A stretch of 62,976 nt of DNA, counting the filler, from Octopus bimaculoides (taxonomy: Eukaryota): NCBI RefSeq assembly GCF_001194135.2. It is 3 parts of 3 records of this genome, joined end to end, with 100 filler letters (N's around TTAATTAATTAA, not from the genome) between each part and the next. Parts side by side here need not be neighbours in the genome. Positions count along the whole stretch, not along the records: positions 1 to 13,912 come from NC_068996.1; positions 14,013 to 43,168 come from NC_068989.1; 1 more part is not named here. One strand, written 5' to 3'. A program made the translations under genes and the position numbers. Numbering within the stretch: the first letter of the stretch is position 1; every line of letters begins with the position of its first letter. The notes beneath the pieces are model-generated. The model saw only the letters and a list, made by a program, of their open reading frames with translations, searched no databases and was not told the DNA's origin. Below, piece by piece: positions 12,700-25,327 of the stretch.

Positions 12700-13740
12700 N
12701 NNNNNNNNNNNNNNNNNNNNNNNNNNNNNNNNNNNNNNNNNNNNNNNNNNNNNNNNNNNNNNNNNNNNNNNNNNNNNNNNNNNNNNNNNNNNNNNNNNNN
12801 NNNNNNNNNNNNNNNNNNNNNNNNNNNNNNNNNNNNNNNNNNNNNNNNNNNNNNNNNNNNNNNNNNNNNNNNNNNNNNNNNNNNNNNNNNNNNNNNNNNN
12901 NNNNNNNNNNNNNNNNNNNNNNNNNNNNNNNNNNNNNNNNNNNNNNNNNNNNNNNNNNNNNNNNNNNNNNNNNNNNNNNNNNNNNNNNNNNNNNNNNNNN
13001 NNNNNNNNNNNNNNNNNNNNNNNNNNNNNNNNNNNNNNNNNNNNNNNNNNNNNNNNNNNNNNNNNNNNNNNNNNNNNNNNNNNNNNNNNNNNNNNNNNNN
13101 NNNNNNNNNNNNNNNNNNNNNNNNNNNNNNNNNNNNNNNNNNNNNNNNNNNNNNNNNNNNNNNNNNNNNNNNNNNNNNNNNNNNNNNNNNNNNNNNNNNN
13201 NNNNNNNNNNNNNNNNNNNNNNNNNNNNNNNNNNNNNNNNNNNNNNNNNNNNNNNNNNNNNNNNNNNNNNNNNNNNNNNNNNNNNNNNNNNATACGTATA
13301 TGTATGTATGTATGTATTTACACATATACACACGTATGCGTATATGGTTTTGTCTTGTGTGTCTAAGTTTGAGTGGTTGAATATGGGCATCATGATTCAT
13401 TTAAGATAAACATGTGACAATTGATATTGTGTAAACCCCCATCGTGTCTATGTATTAATACTTCTCTCTCGTTTTGCCTCCCAGTTAACATTTCTTTCCT
13501 CTCCTTTCTTCCTTCCTCCTTCTCTATATCTCTAAATCACTTCATCAGTGTCTAGTTGATTCCCTATCTATTTCTGTCACACGCCCAGCCCTCCTTTACC
13601 ATCATTTTGTATGTTGTTTCTCATTTTCTCTCACCTCACCCGCTGTTCTCTTCACTGATACATACATGCATACGTACATACACACATGCATGCATACATA
13701 CATATATACATACATATATACATACATATGCACATGTATA

Positions 13741-13905
13741 GGCATGGGTGTTGTGATAAAGACACTTGCTTCCCAACCACAAGACTCCGAGTTCAGTCCC
13801 ACTGCATGACAACTTGGGCGAGTGTCTCCTACTTTAGCCTCAGGATGACCGAAGCTGTGTGATTGAATTTGGCAGATGGAAACTGAAAGAGGTCCGTTGG
13901 ATATA
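13741..13905 (+). mobile_element. SINE family A, 5' half
   Basis: Contains cttgcttcccaaccac..gagttcagtcccactgc..ttgggcgagtgtc..ggaaactgaaaga. Confidence 0.75.
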
Positions 13906-13956
13906 TACATATNNNNNNNNNNNNNNNNNNNNNNNNNNNNNNNNNNNNNNNNNNNN

Positions 13957-13968
13957 TTAATTAATTAA
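13957..13968. other. Assembly linker TTAATTAATTAA inside an N gap (artefact)
   Basis: A 12-mer with stops in all six frames, flanked by Ns. An identical copy is at about 43213-43224. Confidence 0.9.
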
Positions 13969-15639
13969 NNNNNNNNNNNNNNNNNNNNNNNNNNNNNNNN
14001 NNNNNNNNNNNNGAGAGAGAGAGAGGCTGGTGGAGAGAGAGAGAGAGGCTGGTGGAGAGAGAGAGAGGCTGGTGGAGAGAGAGAGAGAGGCTGGTGGAGA
14101 GAGAGAGAGGCTGGTGGAGAGAGAGGACGAGATAGTTGGACTGGAAGATAGGGACACTGAGAGAGCTAACGAAAACATGTTTTGTATATGCGTGATTGTG
14201 TGTGAATGTGTGTGTGAGTGTGTGTATATGTAAGTATGTGAGTGTTTTGAGACGGTAGTGGGAAAATCTTAAAGAGAAATAAAGTGAAATTAGAGGGTAA
14301 AGACAGGGTAAGCTATTTGCGTAAATGATATATGAATGTTGGAGTACCTGGGACACACATTCACACACACACATACACACACGCATACTCACACATACAC
14401 ACATACACACACACATACGCACACACATACACACATACACACATACACACATACACACACATATACACACATACACACACATACACACATACACACATAC
14501 ACACATACACACACGCACATACACACACATACGTACACTTACACACACATACATACACTTACACATACACACACACATACACACACACACGTATATGCAT
14601 ATATGTGAATGTGTATGTATATGCGTTCGTCTTACAGTGTCACATACGCGCTCACATTCAGACACATACATATATCCATATGTGTGTGTATGTGTGTGTT
14701 TGCATGTGCGTCTTCATACGTTGTGCGCGCGCGTATGTGTACGTGTGCGCGTGTGTGTGAGTTCCTGTTGATAGGGCAGGTATGAAACATGAGGCCACTG
14801 TACTCTAACTCAACTCTCCGCACTCATTCATCAACTGTCGCATTTCAACACCGACATTTTATCTTTGTTAGTTATTTTTATGAGGAAGAGAGAGAGGGGC
14901 AGAGAGAGAGAGAGAGAGAGAAAGAGGAGAAGGGTGAGGGGTGAGCGTGAGTGGGAGCCAAATCAGGATGGACACGGTAAAGGAGAAGGTTAGTGGGAAA
15001 GGAGCTGTGGATATTAAGGGTGGGTGGGTAGAAAGATGTTTGTCTGAAACGAGTCCCCCCCCCACTTCGCCAACCCTCAACATCCTTCATTGTCACTACG
15101 TCACGTGACAGGTGACAAACGGGTAAACATTGTGCTACCATAGCATAGTGCACATTGGGATTATATGTATGTTCAGATATGTGTATTTATCTTCAGAAGA
15201 GGTACACAGAAACGCGTGCGCCCTCTGTGTGTGTGTGTGCGTGTTTGTATGTGTATGTATGTGTGTGTGTGAGTGTGTGTGTTTGTATTTGTGTGTGTAT
15301 GTATTTATTCATACGTATATATATATATATATATATATGTTTGTGTATACATGCATACATAAATGCATATATAAATAAATNNNNNNNNNNTATATATGTA
15401 TATATATGTATGTATATATATATACATATGTATACATTGCGGCTTTCTCAATTGCATGCACACAAAGTCGGAAGGGAACAGGATGAACTACCTGCATCAA
15501 CTTGCTATAAAAGCAGGTAGTAATTTTACCTTGCTTTATTCTTAGTGCAAGTCTTGTAGAGTGCAGTTCGATTTGAACAGCTATTTTTTCAAAGCTATAA
15601 TGGAAGTGACAAAAGAGTATATTTGGCATATTTTGCTTT

Positions 15640-15726
15640 ACGAGTTCAACGCCCAATCTGGGAATCGAAACCTCGATCCCATGACTGCGAGTCCACTGCC
15701 TTAACTATTGGACCATTGCGCCTCCA
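15640..15726 (-). mobile_element. SINE family C head fragment
   Basis: Reverse complement of the ggaggcgcaatgg.c.a.t.gtta.ggcag.ggact.gc.gtcat..gatcg.ggtttcgattcccaga head seen at 61111. Confidence 0.7.
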
Positions 15727-17375
15727 CTATTTTGTGTATTCTAGAAATATAACGAGCTTATAATTATAGATAAATTTTAACAAGATCTTATATGAACCCC
15801 AGGTGTCATATGAACTCTGGTTGAGAACCACTGGGCTACACTAAAATAAAATACAGAAAAATTAAGGATCGGTATATTAAGTTAATACGTTTTAAATTTA
15901 GAAAGAAATATTTAGTGTGATTTAATCAGTTGTTTTCAAACTCTTCCTCAATATCTCCCCTCGAATCACAAATACAAACAGCTTCTCCTCAAGAAAAAAT
16001 AAATCTCATATTCCAGCCTAAATATATAGAAACAATTGTCCATTTGAAGTAAATTGCACCGCGGTCAACGGGAGCTTAACCAACATTTCATGTATAGGAT
16101 TAACGCCCAATTCGTTCAAAATCCCATTTTATCAACATAAGCACACCTTTAGAATCAAGAACAGAAAAGCATACACATTGCTCTTGAACCATATTTTGTA
16201 TTTAAAGTCAACAATATATCTTTAAAAGAAATGGAAAATATTTTTTCACACTCTGTCTTATACTTAGAATAAAAAAAAAAGACACTGACCTGTTGTGAAA
16301 CCCTGCATATTACGAAATTCTATTCCCAGATCCCTAATCATTTGATCCATACTCAAAATTCCTCTCTTCATAAAGACAGGATTTTTAGATTATAAAGATA
16401 TTTGAATATTATTTTATTTCTGGAAAGATTCGAAGTTACAGAAATCACGCCGGAACTCTTGTCTATTGAATTTACATTTTTTTTTCATTAACCCTTTCAC
16501 AAACAGCCATGACTCCCTTAATTAAAGTTCTTACATTGCAATTTATTAATGATCCATAATAGAAATTGCGCAATAGTAATTGATAAATCTAGAGCTTAGT
16601 GTCCAGTATGATTCCAGCTTTAAAAAATCTATTTAATTAGCTTCAATTAACGTTATATTACTTATTAATTTTTCTAATTATTGAACTTGCTGTTTATAAG
16701 TTCATTTTCAACCGCCAATGTATTAAGTTTTATGAGGTATTTTTAGAGAAGTTAATATTAATACAACTTATTCTCCAACCTTTTCTGACTGAAAAGATTA
16801 AAAGTTTACAAACACAACAACTTTTCCAGGCAAAGCAAACTTCTATTTTATTTTACCTCTATTTTCTTTTAATTTACATTCCAATGTGTTCACTTTTCCA
16901 TACATTATTAAGAAAACATATAAATTTGAGAGAAGGCCTTCGTAAGGTCAGTGAATATCAAGAACATTCTCTCAAATTTATGTTTTCTTAATAACGTATT
17001 AGATTAGGTAATACCGTTATTTTAACTTACACCAAATTGGCGTCTCTGGCAATTTGTAATTCACATTTAGATATTCAATTCATTCGTGAAAACTTGTTAC
17101 CAGTTCAAATATGATTGAGGCATATTCGACGACCCCGTAAGAAAGTCATTCACTGTATTTCGTCATACAGAACATTTCTCGCTGTAGACAAATAGGTGCA
17201 AACACACTGGGTCAGCTAACTAGACTGTTGGATGCGCTTGAATTTCAGAATGGTTATCTCCCCTTCAGCAATACAGACCGGATGTAGACGTCATGAACTA
17301 ACAAAAAAAAAACAGGTTACTCTTATGATATTTATCTTATGATGTTTATCTGCATTACTCCCTCTCTCCCCCTCT

Positions 17376-17453
<78 letters not shown>

Positions 17454-18208
17454 AATCTGATATTTATGTACCAATCTGATATTTAGTGGTCCCTAACTGT
17501 TCGACTGCTTATCTAAATAAATCAGAAGTTTAAAAGGAGCCTCTACTGAAGCATTAAAAGCACAACATTGAATGAATTCCTAACGGCGATACTGGAGCAG
17601 CCAAGTATTCAAGGATACGGTTATAACGGTGAATGGTACCACTTTTATAATGGTGTTTTATCTTATCTCTATGGTTTCGACTTGGAATAGATAATAAATA
17701 TATTTGATTTCTTGAGTAAGAATCTATATTGATAATTCCGTCACTTATAACTTAATTATAAGTATTATCACTAGACATAAATCCTAACTCAAGTAACACA
17801 AACGCTGCAGTGAAAACATATACGTGAAGACGCTTAAACGGACATGTTGAAACGTACGTGTATATTGAAGACAAACAAGTTCGTGTTCTTTTCGCGGTTA
17901 TAAAAACAGTTTCATAGTTGCAGAAATAAATTTCATTAACAGGTTGAAGAAAATGAAGAAAGAAAAAATTATTTACTACATTAGTTTATTTATGTACATT
18001 TAATATTTACAATACATTTAGAAGTCAAAGCAATTCGTCGTAGACAGTTGCGACCAACGAAAGTTAGCAAAAGTGTGGTGAAGTCTAGTGATAACCAGCA
18101 GTCACTAGGCTGAGTATCGCGGAGTCAATTTACAGCCAACGATCACTGATTAGAAATACAAATATTTCTAAGTCTCTCTAAAGGAGACTACGGCAGCGAT
18201 ACTGGATA

Positions 18209-18492
18209 TTAATAGTTATCGCCACGCCAACATGGCAGCTCAAAAAGTAGGACGAATGCTGCCGTTGATTTGCTCCAAGAGGCCATCGTCTCTAGCTAGC
18301 TATGTGACACACGAACCTGTTGATGGCAGACCAGCAAAGGGAAGCGGCTGACCTTCCCTGTTCGAAGGTTATTTTCTACAACTGGTTCGTGTGTCACATA
18401 GCTAGCTAGAGGCGATGGCCTCTTGGAGCTAATCAACAGCAGCATTCGTCCTACTTTTTGGACTGCCATGTTGGCTTGGCGATAACCATTAA
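18209..18492. repeat. Long inverted repeat / fold-back element (arms of about 114 bp, 56 bp spacer)
   Basis: 18209-18322 is the near-exact reverse complement of 18379-18492 (e.g. ctagctagctatgtgacacacgaacc / ggttcgtgtgtcacatagctagctag). Confidence 0.95.
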
Positions 18493-19094
18493 GATCACTG
18501 ATTAATATACCTAAAATTACGGGTTTTATAACTGTTCATAGCTGAATTCTAAGAAGCATATTTCGTGAAAGATTTCTCTTTGCCGGAAGTTTAGAATTCA
18601 AATATGAGCAGTAATTTTAACCAATAGGAAACTAACAATTATACTTGTTCGGGCAACATGACCATTACGTCATATTACCGCTGTTTACGACTTGCTTGCT
18701 ACACAGTCAAGGAAGATCAGCGGCTACAAACTCACTCACAGACCAACTTCCAGGCATAAAGCGACAACAAAGCTGATAGAAAATGAATGGATTGCTCCAG
18801 CATGGCTGCGGTTTTACGACTGTAACCACTGAAATAATACAAGAATAAAGAATCTCAACCTTTAGTTTCAATGAAAAAAGCCATTCGCCATTCGCCAATT
18901 TCATTTCATTGCCGATTCTAGTCGAGAATTGCCGAACATTTTATTATACCGATCTTTGCCAACTTCAGCGGTTTCACTTTCTGGACCACGAAGCAAAACA
19001 CCACTTTTTACAATATGATATACAGAGTTATTCAAAACGAACGGTACAAAAAGAAAATATATCTGTGAGTTCTGTAATGAATATGTTGCAAAAA

Positions 19095-19330
19095 TACAGA
19101 TGTAACACGAAAGGTTAACTCTCCAAGTTTTGTTTGGCAACACTGGTAATCTCGTCTTTCCTGAATTGCTTGCTAGAGGCGCTGTTGCTCAAGATGGCGG
19201 CATCAACGAGAGAGAAAGCGTATTGTGTGCTCGGATACGAAAAAACTTCATCGGTATCATTCATTTTGAATTACATTTTCAGAGCAAAATGTATCTGAAT
19301 ATTGTCACTTCATTACATCTTAAAAATCAA
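19095..19330 (+). mobile_element. Tc1/mariner 5' remnant with a transposase N-terminal HTH start
   Basis: A TA+cag.. terminus-like start, then the ATG at 19194 gives MAASTREKAYCVLGYEKTSSV. This resembles DUF4817-type transposase N-termini; the frame then frameshifts. Confidence 0.55.
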
Positions 19331-19714
19331 TTTTTTTTTCTTTTTAATATCGACTCTAATTAAATAAGACTAAGTCGTCTAAACGTTATTGTTTTTCTCT
19401 TTCCTTCCGATATACGTGCTTCGAAAACGAAACCATTTCTCCCTCCCTATAGACTTCTCTTTTCGTTTCAGCGTTTGAGGTAAACTGCGATGCCGAGTTT
19501 CTCGTCTTTTTCTTTTATTTGTTTCACTCAGTGGAGTGAAGCATGAACTTTTGCTTGGTCGGAGCTGTCCTGGGACCAAACATCACCTTATAACTAAAAA
19601 TGTATGGCGATAGTGTTGCTGTTGTTGATGTTGATGTTGTTGCTATGACGAATTTTGAACGACACCCGGTAGATGAGCGAAGGAGAAAGCGAAAGTAGGC
19701 GCCGTTAACAGAAT

Positions 19715-19866
19715 AAGAGAGAGAGAGAATATAAGAGAGGGAGAAGGAGGGAGAGAGAGAAGGAGGGAGAGAGAGAAGGAGGGAGAGAGAGAAGGAGGGA
19801 GAGAGAGAAGGAGGGAGAGAGAAGGAGGGAGAGAGAGAAGGGAGAGAGGCAGGAAGTGAGAGAGAT

Positions 19867-19897
<31 letters not shown>

Positions 19898-20172
19898 CAA
19901 AGAGAGAGACAAAGAGAGAGACAAAGAGAGAGATGGAGATAGAGAGGTGGAAAGAGGAAATGACTGATCGAAAAAGAGAGAACAAGACAAAAGAGATTCA
20001 AACAACAAGAAAACAGAAAGAGGCGGTGGTGGCGGCGGCGGCGGCGGTTGTAGTGGCGGTGGTGGTGGTGATGATGATGGTGATGATGATGTTCGATAAA
20101 TATCTATCATCTGATAACGATTCCAATTATCTGATAGGATGTCTGCAGGATATCGGCATGATGATGATGATA

Positions 20173-20210
<38 letters not shown>

Positions 20211-20431
20211 AATGATGATGAGGGTGGGGGTGATGGCAGTGATTTTCTAAATGATGGGAATAATGTTTAGGGAGATGATTGCGATCAGGAACGTGGTGTG
20301 TTCATAACGATTACGGTGATGGTGATGGTGATGATGATGACGATGACGATGATGATGATGATGATGATGGCGCTTATGATGATGATGACAACGACGGTGA
20401 TGGTGATGATGATGATGACGACGACGACGAC

Positions 20432-20469
<38 letters not shown>

Positions 20470-20620
20470 CGATGATGATGATGATGATAGAGATGAGAAG
20501 GAAGATGGTGACAGTGATAATAATAATGTGGCAGAGGTAATGGTGATGATGATTGTGAAGGTGATAATGAGAATGAGAGAAAGAACCAGAGAGAGGGAGA
20601 GAGAGAGAGAGAGGGAGAGA

Positions 20621-20660
<40 letters not shown>
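19715..20660. repeat. Compound microsatellite block (GA/GGA, GGT, GAT/GAC, GA)
   Basis: Directly visible; it is the source of the poly-D/H/M pseudo-ORFs. Confidence 0.95.
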
Positions 20661-20661
<1 letters not shown>

Positions 20662-20865
20662 GAGATATAAGGTGAAATGGTGAGGTGGAGGAGAAGAAAT
20701 GGAGAAACGGAATTGGAAATCAACGATAAAAGTATCGATATTTCGAGTGGTGATGCTGTCTCAGTAGTCAGGGTACGACTGAAGTCACGTGTTATCTTGT
20801 CTAGACATAATTACTTCGCAGAATTCCACTGGAAACAAAGAGGCATCTATATATATATGTATATA

Positions 20866-20903
<38 letters not shown>

Positions 20904-23229
20904 TACACATACACACACATATACATATAAAGATACATACACACACACACACACACACACACATACACACACATATATATATATTGTTATATATATTGTT
21001 AGTTTTCGGGATGATGTTTTTTAAAATTTTTTGTCAAACACACGTACTATGTATTTATTCTTCAGTCGGCCATTACTGTTCTTATTTTATCTTATGTCCA
21101 TTGTCGGGAAATCTTTCGTCACTCATCTGTGACCTCTTCAGCGACCCTTTCCATCCACGTGTTTTCTCCCGCTCCGCCCAGTGCATTCTGTCCTGGTAAC
21201 GTTACGTGTACACTAACATATATGTGTCTAGCGTACGCGAGACATACTCAATACAAACGTAGAATTTATTTCGGCTGAAGCATTTTGCTGTTAGAGACAT
21301 ACACGCACACACACACACACACATACACACACACGCACACACACACATACACACATACATACACACACGCACACACACATACATACGCACACACATACAT
21401 ACATACCTACCTACATACATACATACATATATACATACATACATACACACATACACACTCTCACATACACTCACCATTTCACCTCACCATTTCACCTTAT
21501 ATCTCCTCTTTCTCTCTCTCTCTCTCTACACTCACCATAGACATGCACACATACATCACACGCATTCTCAAGTACCTATCTATCTATCTATTTATCTATC
21601 TATTTATCTATCTATCTATCTGTCTCTGTCTCTCCTTCCACATACATACACACACACGCACACCACACGCGTACGTATGTGTGTGTGTGTGTGTGTGTGT
21701 TTGACTTTCATGAAAGATGCTTTCGCGGTTTTTGCTGTGGGGAAATGCATTGGAAATTCCTTTATTTCCGAAGAATCTAACAACGGTCCTGGAATGACAA
21801 ACAGACAGACAGACTGACAGACATACCGAAAGACAGCCTGAAGCCACCTCAGCTTACTTCAAAGTGTTGTAGGTCAAAGAAAGTTCAAGACGTTAACTCC
21901 TCCCTCCTCCCTCATCTTCTTCTGTTCCTGTTTTTCCCGGGGTTTTTTTCTTGTGAATTTTTACTCTTAGTTCCCCCCTCTAACTCTCACACCCTCTCTA
22001 TATCTCTTTCCCTCCCTCACTCCCACTTCGTCTTCTCTTCATTCTGTTTCTCTTCCTTTCGGTTTCGTATTCTAAATCCCCAATCTTCTTATCGTTTTAC
22101 CCCCCACCCCNNNNNNNNNNNNNNNNNNNNNNNNNNNNNNNNNNNNNNNNNNNNNNNNNNNNNNNNNNNNNNNNNNNNNNNNNNNNNNNNNNNNNNNNNN
22201 NNCCCACCCGCCCCTAATTTTACACTTCATGCAGATGGCACCTCTAAATGAACTAACTTTTAAACAATTCTATTTTCCTACACCACCAGGCAGTGCATAT
22301 TTTACAGACTGATTTTACACCTGTCGTTGATTTACAGGTGTTGCCAATGATCAGAAGGTTTCGTCTCCTCTCAGCAGACTGAAGATCAAGGATCCCTATT
22401 TAGTCTGAGATCGCTGGTTTACTACGGGTGCAGCTACATACATAGTAGGGTGCTGGCTACCTTCCACAGAATCTGGCTATCAGAAGCTGGTAACCAAAAG
22501 ATTACCCTAGATGCACCATATATCTTGTTATGTATTCTGAGCCATTGACCATCTTGGGCTCTTCTGCTTTATCTGCACATTCAGCCTCCATGGCCTTAAG
22601 GGGTAACGTCCTCTTTGCAGCAGCCCTCGAGTGCTTGCAGATAGCCTCTACTTAGTTTTGCTCCCTAACCAAAGTGAGGTATCGGGGTGTGATCGTCGGT
22701 GTGTATTCCATTATATGTGGCTGTGTATTCCGCGAACACGTGTTCCCTTTGTGCAGCTCTCAGGCTGGATCAGTGCGACAGTGTACAAGATGGCCCTTTG
22801 ATTTATAGGGAGAATCCTTTCGAGCGGTTTCCACGTAGATGTTGTCGCCTTAGTTTCCCTCGGATCGACCAAAGGCTACTGTAAAAGACACGTACAGTAT
22901 TACGTAATACTGTAATATTACGTGTCTTTTGTAATATTACTGTATTACTGTAATATTACTGTAGCATGCCACACGGTGGGATCGAACCCGAGGTAGTAAT
23001 ATAGCAAATCTAATTTATCTACCTAGTCCTGTCAGCAGTTACGGAATGAGAAGTTCTGGTGCAGCTGTTTGGGGGCCGATGATCTGAAGCAGCTCACTGA
23101 AAAATAGTTTTTGGCGACAGAGTAAACACGTACAAACTCATGCGTTAACAGAAATATACATAAGAAGATAGAAAGAACGCGTGTGTGTGTATGTGTGTGC
23201 GTGCGCTCGTGTATATGCATATATATCTC

Positions 23230-23615
23230 TTTTGCTCTTTTACTCTTTTATTTGTTTCAGTCATTTGACTGCGGCCATGCTGGAGCACCGCCTTTAGTCG
23301 AGCAAATCGACCCCAGGACTTATTCTTTGTAAGCCTAGTACTTATTCTATCGGTCTTTTTTGCCGAACCACTAAGTTACGGGGATGTAAACACATCAGCA
23401 TCGGTTGTCAAGCGATGTTGGGAGGACAAACACAAACACACACATATATATACATACATATATACGACGGGCTTCTTTCAGTTTCCGTCTAAAAAATCCA
23501 CTCACAAGGCTTTGGTCGGCCCGAGGCTATAGTAGAACACACTTGCCCAAGATGCCACGCAGTGGGACTGAACCCGGAACCATGTGGCTGGTAAGCAAGC
23601 TACTTACCACACAGC
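23230..23615 (-). mobile_element. SINE family A, near full length
   Basis: High-identity copy from the tail (tactctttta) to the head (gtaagcaagctacttaccacacagcc). Confidence 0.9.
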
Positions 23616-25207
23616 CAAAAGAGCTTAAGCCATTGGGTTTTTAAAAAAAGCCATCAGAGCTATATATTACATTATAGAATAATTCAAGCCATGAATTCTC
23701 CAACTGACCATTAGCTAAACAGTAATCAGCTCTCTTCTCCAACCGTACTTTCCTCCTTCCTTCATCTCTACTGTTAATCGTTCTTCAAACCAGCCCTCAC
23801 GACTCCTTCAAATCATTTTCCCCGTCCAAAATAGCTTCCATATTCTTGAATTAAATTTCGTCCACGTTCTCCGAACAGACTGACCCTTAAATATTTTCAT
23901 AGGATCACTGTTGATCAATTACATTTGTTGCGTAATTACGTGATACCTTTTGCAAATCACAAAGGATTTTGTCATAGAACCACTTATATAAAACAGTGTG
24001 TTTCATTGCCTAGCTTATTTCTATATCAATATTATTCTCTTTTAAGTCCTAAATGTGCTTCGAGAAAGCCGTTGCGCTTATTCTATTTATATTGTGGAAT
24101 GAATTCAGCTGTTACGTGTATCCAGGCTTGAATGTTTTGCTTGTTGCTCCGATGCACAACATTTTAGCTACTTTTTGAAATAGCGTTGCATCATACATCA
24201 CTTTCCTTCAGAGCAATTACGATTTCCACTTAACGGTCATCGTTTTGTTCAGTTGCAGTTGCTTCTATTTTCGGTTGTGGGTTTAGAGATACGTATATAT
24301 TTTGGTTTCTACTACAGCTGTTGCTAACTTTTAAGTTGCTACTATTGAATAGAAGGTCGGTTCATTCAGAAGTCCTTGTCACACTTGATGCTATATGTAA
24401 ACATACAAACATACACGCGCACACATGCACACATAAATATGCATATATATTATATTATATAGATGCATGTATGTAGATATATACACACATATACACGTGT
24501 CTATATACATGTATATAAATACACATACATAAGCATGTATGTTTCTGGTGCGTATATAACATATACTTAATTGATAAGCCATAAATTTCTCTATTTCATT
24601 TTCATTGTAAACTAGTTTTTTCGTATTTTCTCCTTTTGTCACAATTATTTCTTTTCTTTCCACAAACTTCATCACGGTAAATTAAAATTCTACACAACTT
24701 CAAGAGAGCTTTTTGAAATAACTTTCTTTTTGCAATAATCTTTTTTTCATTTTCCATTATTATTCGTCTCGCTCCCATATTTTTCTATCGGTTTTTATTA
24801 CATGATTTGTTTGATTTTTCTCCTCCAACAGTGATTAATATTTGATTTTGTGATGAGGGTTTTTCTTATTCTTTTCTTATTCTATGCGCCTATATATATA
24901 TGTATATATGCACATGTATACTTATGTATGTGAGTGCAAACAGCTACATGAAAACAATATAGAAACTAGCTATCATACATATACAGAGTATGCCCAAAAT
25001 CATGAACTCACAAACACATACATATATACACACATATACACCATGCATACACTGACGCAGATATATACACACAGGCGGGTCTGTGAAGGGACTTCATTGA
25101 CACCGGGCAACTGCAACCTTTCGCCTTTTGGCTGATAATTTGGGTAGACGTGCACGCTGGGTTGCAGGTGGTGGAGAAATTAGGGCGCAGAGGGAGCCGG
25201 GTATTTG

Positions 25208-25259
<52 letters not shown>

Positions 25260-25294
25260 CGTGTATGTAAACGTATATATGTTATATGTCTCTA

Positions 25295-25327
<33 letters not shown>

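Noticed and set aside
15950-16200. Possible Tc1 DDE fragment on the minus strand
   Set aside because: No catalytic motif is clearly readable.
17095-17305. Minus-strand exon candidate with a good acceptor (HDVYIRSVLLKGDNHSEIQAHPTV*)
   Set aside because: All frames close early, there is no recognisable protein, and no partner exons were found.
18209-18492. piggyBac MITE interpretation of the fold-back (TTAA ends)
   Set aside because: The arms lack the CCC/GGG termini, and the TTAA may simply be part of the arms.
20279-20683. Poly-Asp acidic ORF resembling a biomineralisation protein
   Set aside because: A GAT/GAC microsatellite within a larger compound repeat, with no unique flanking coding sequence.
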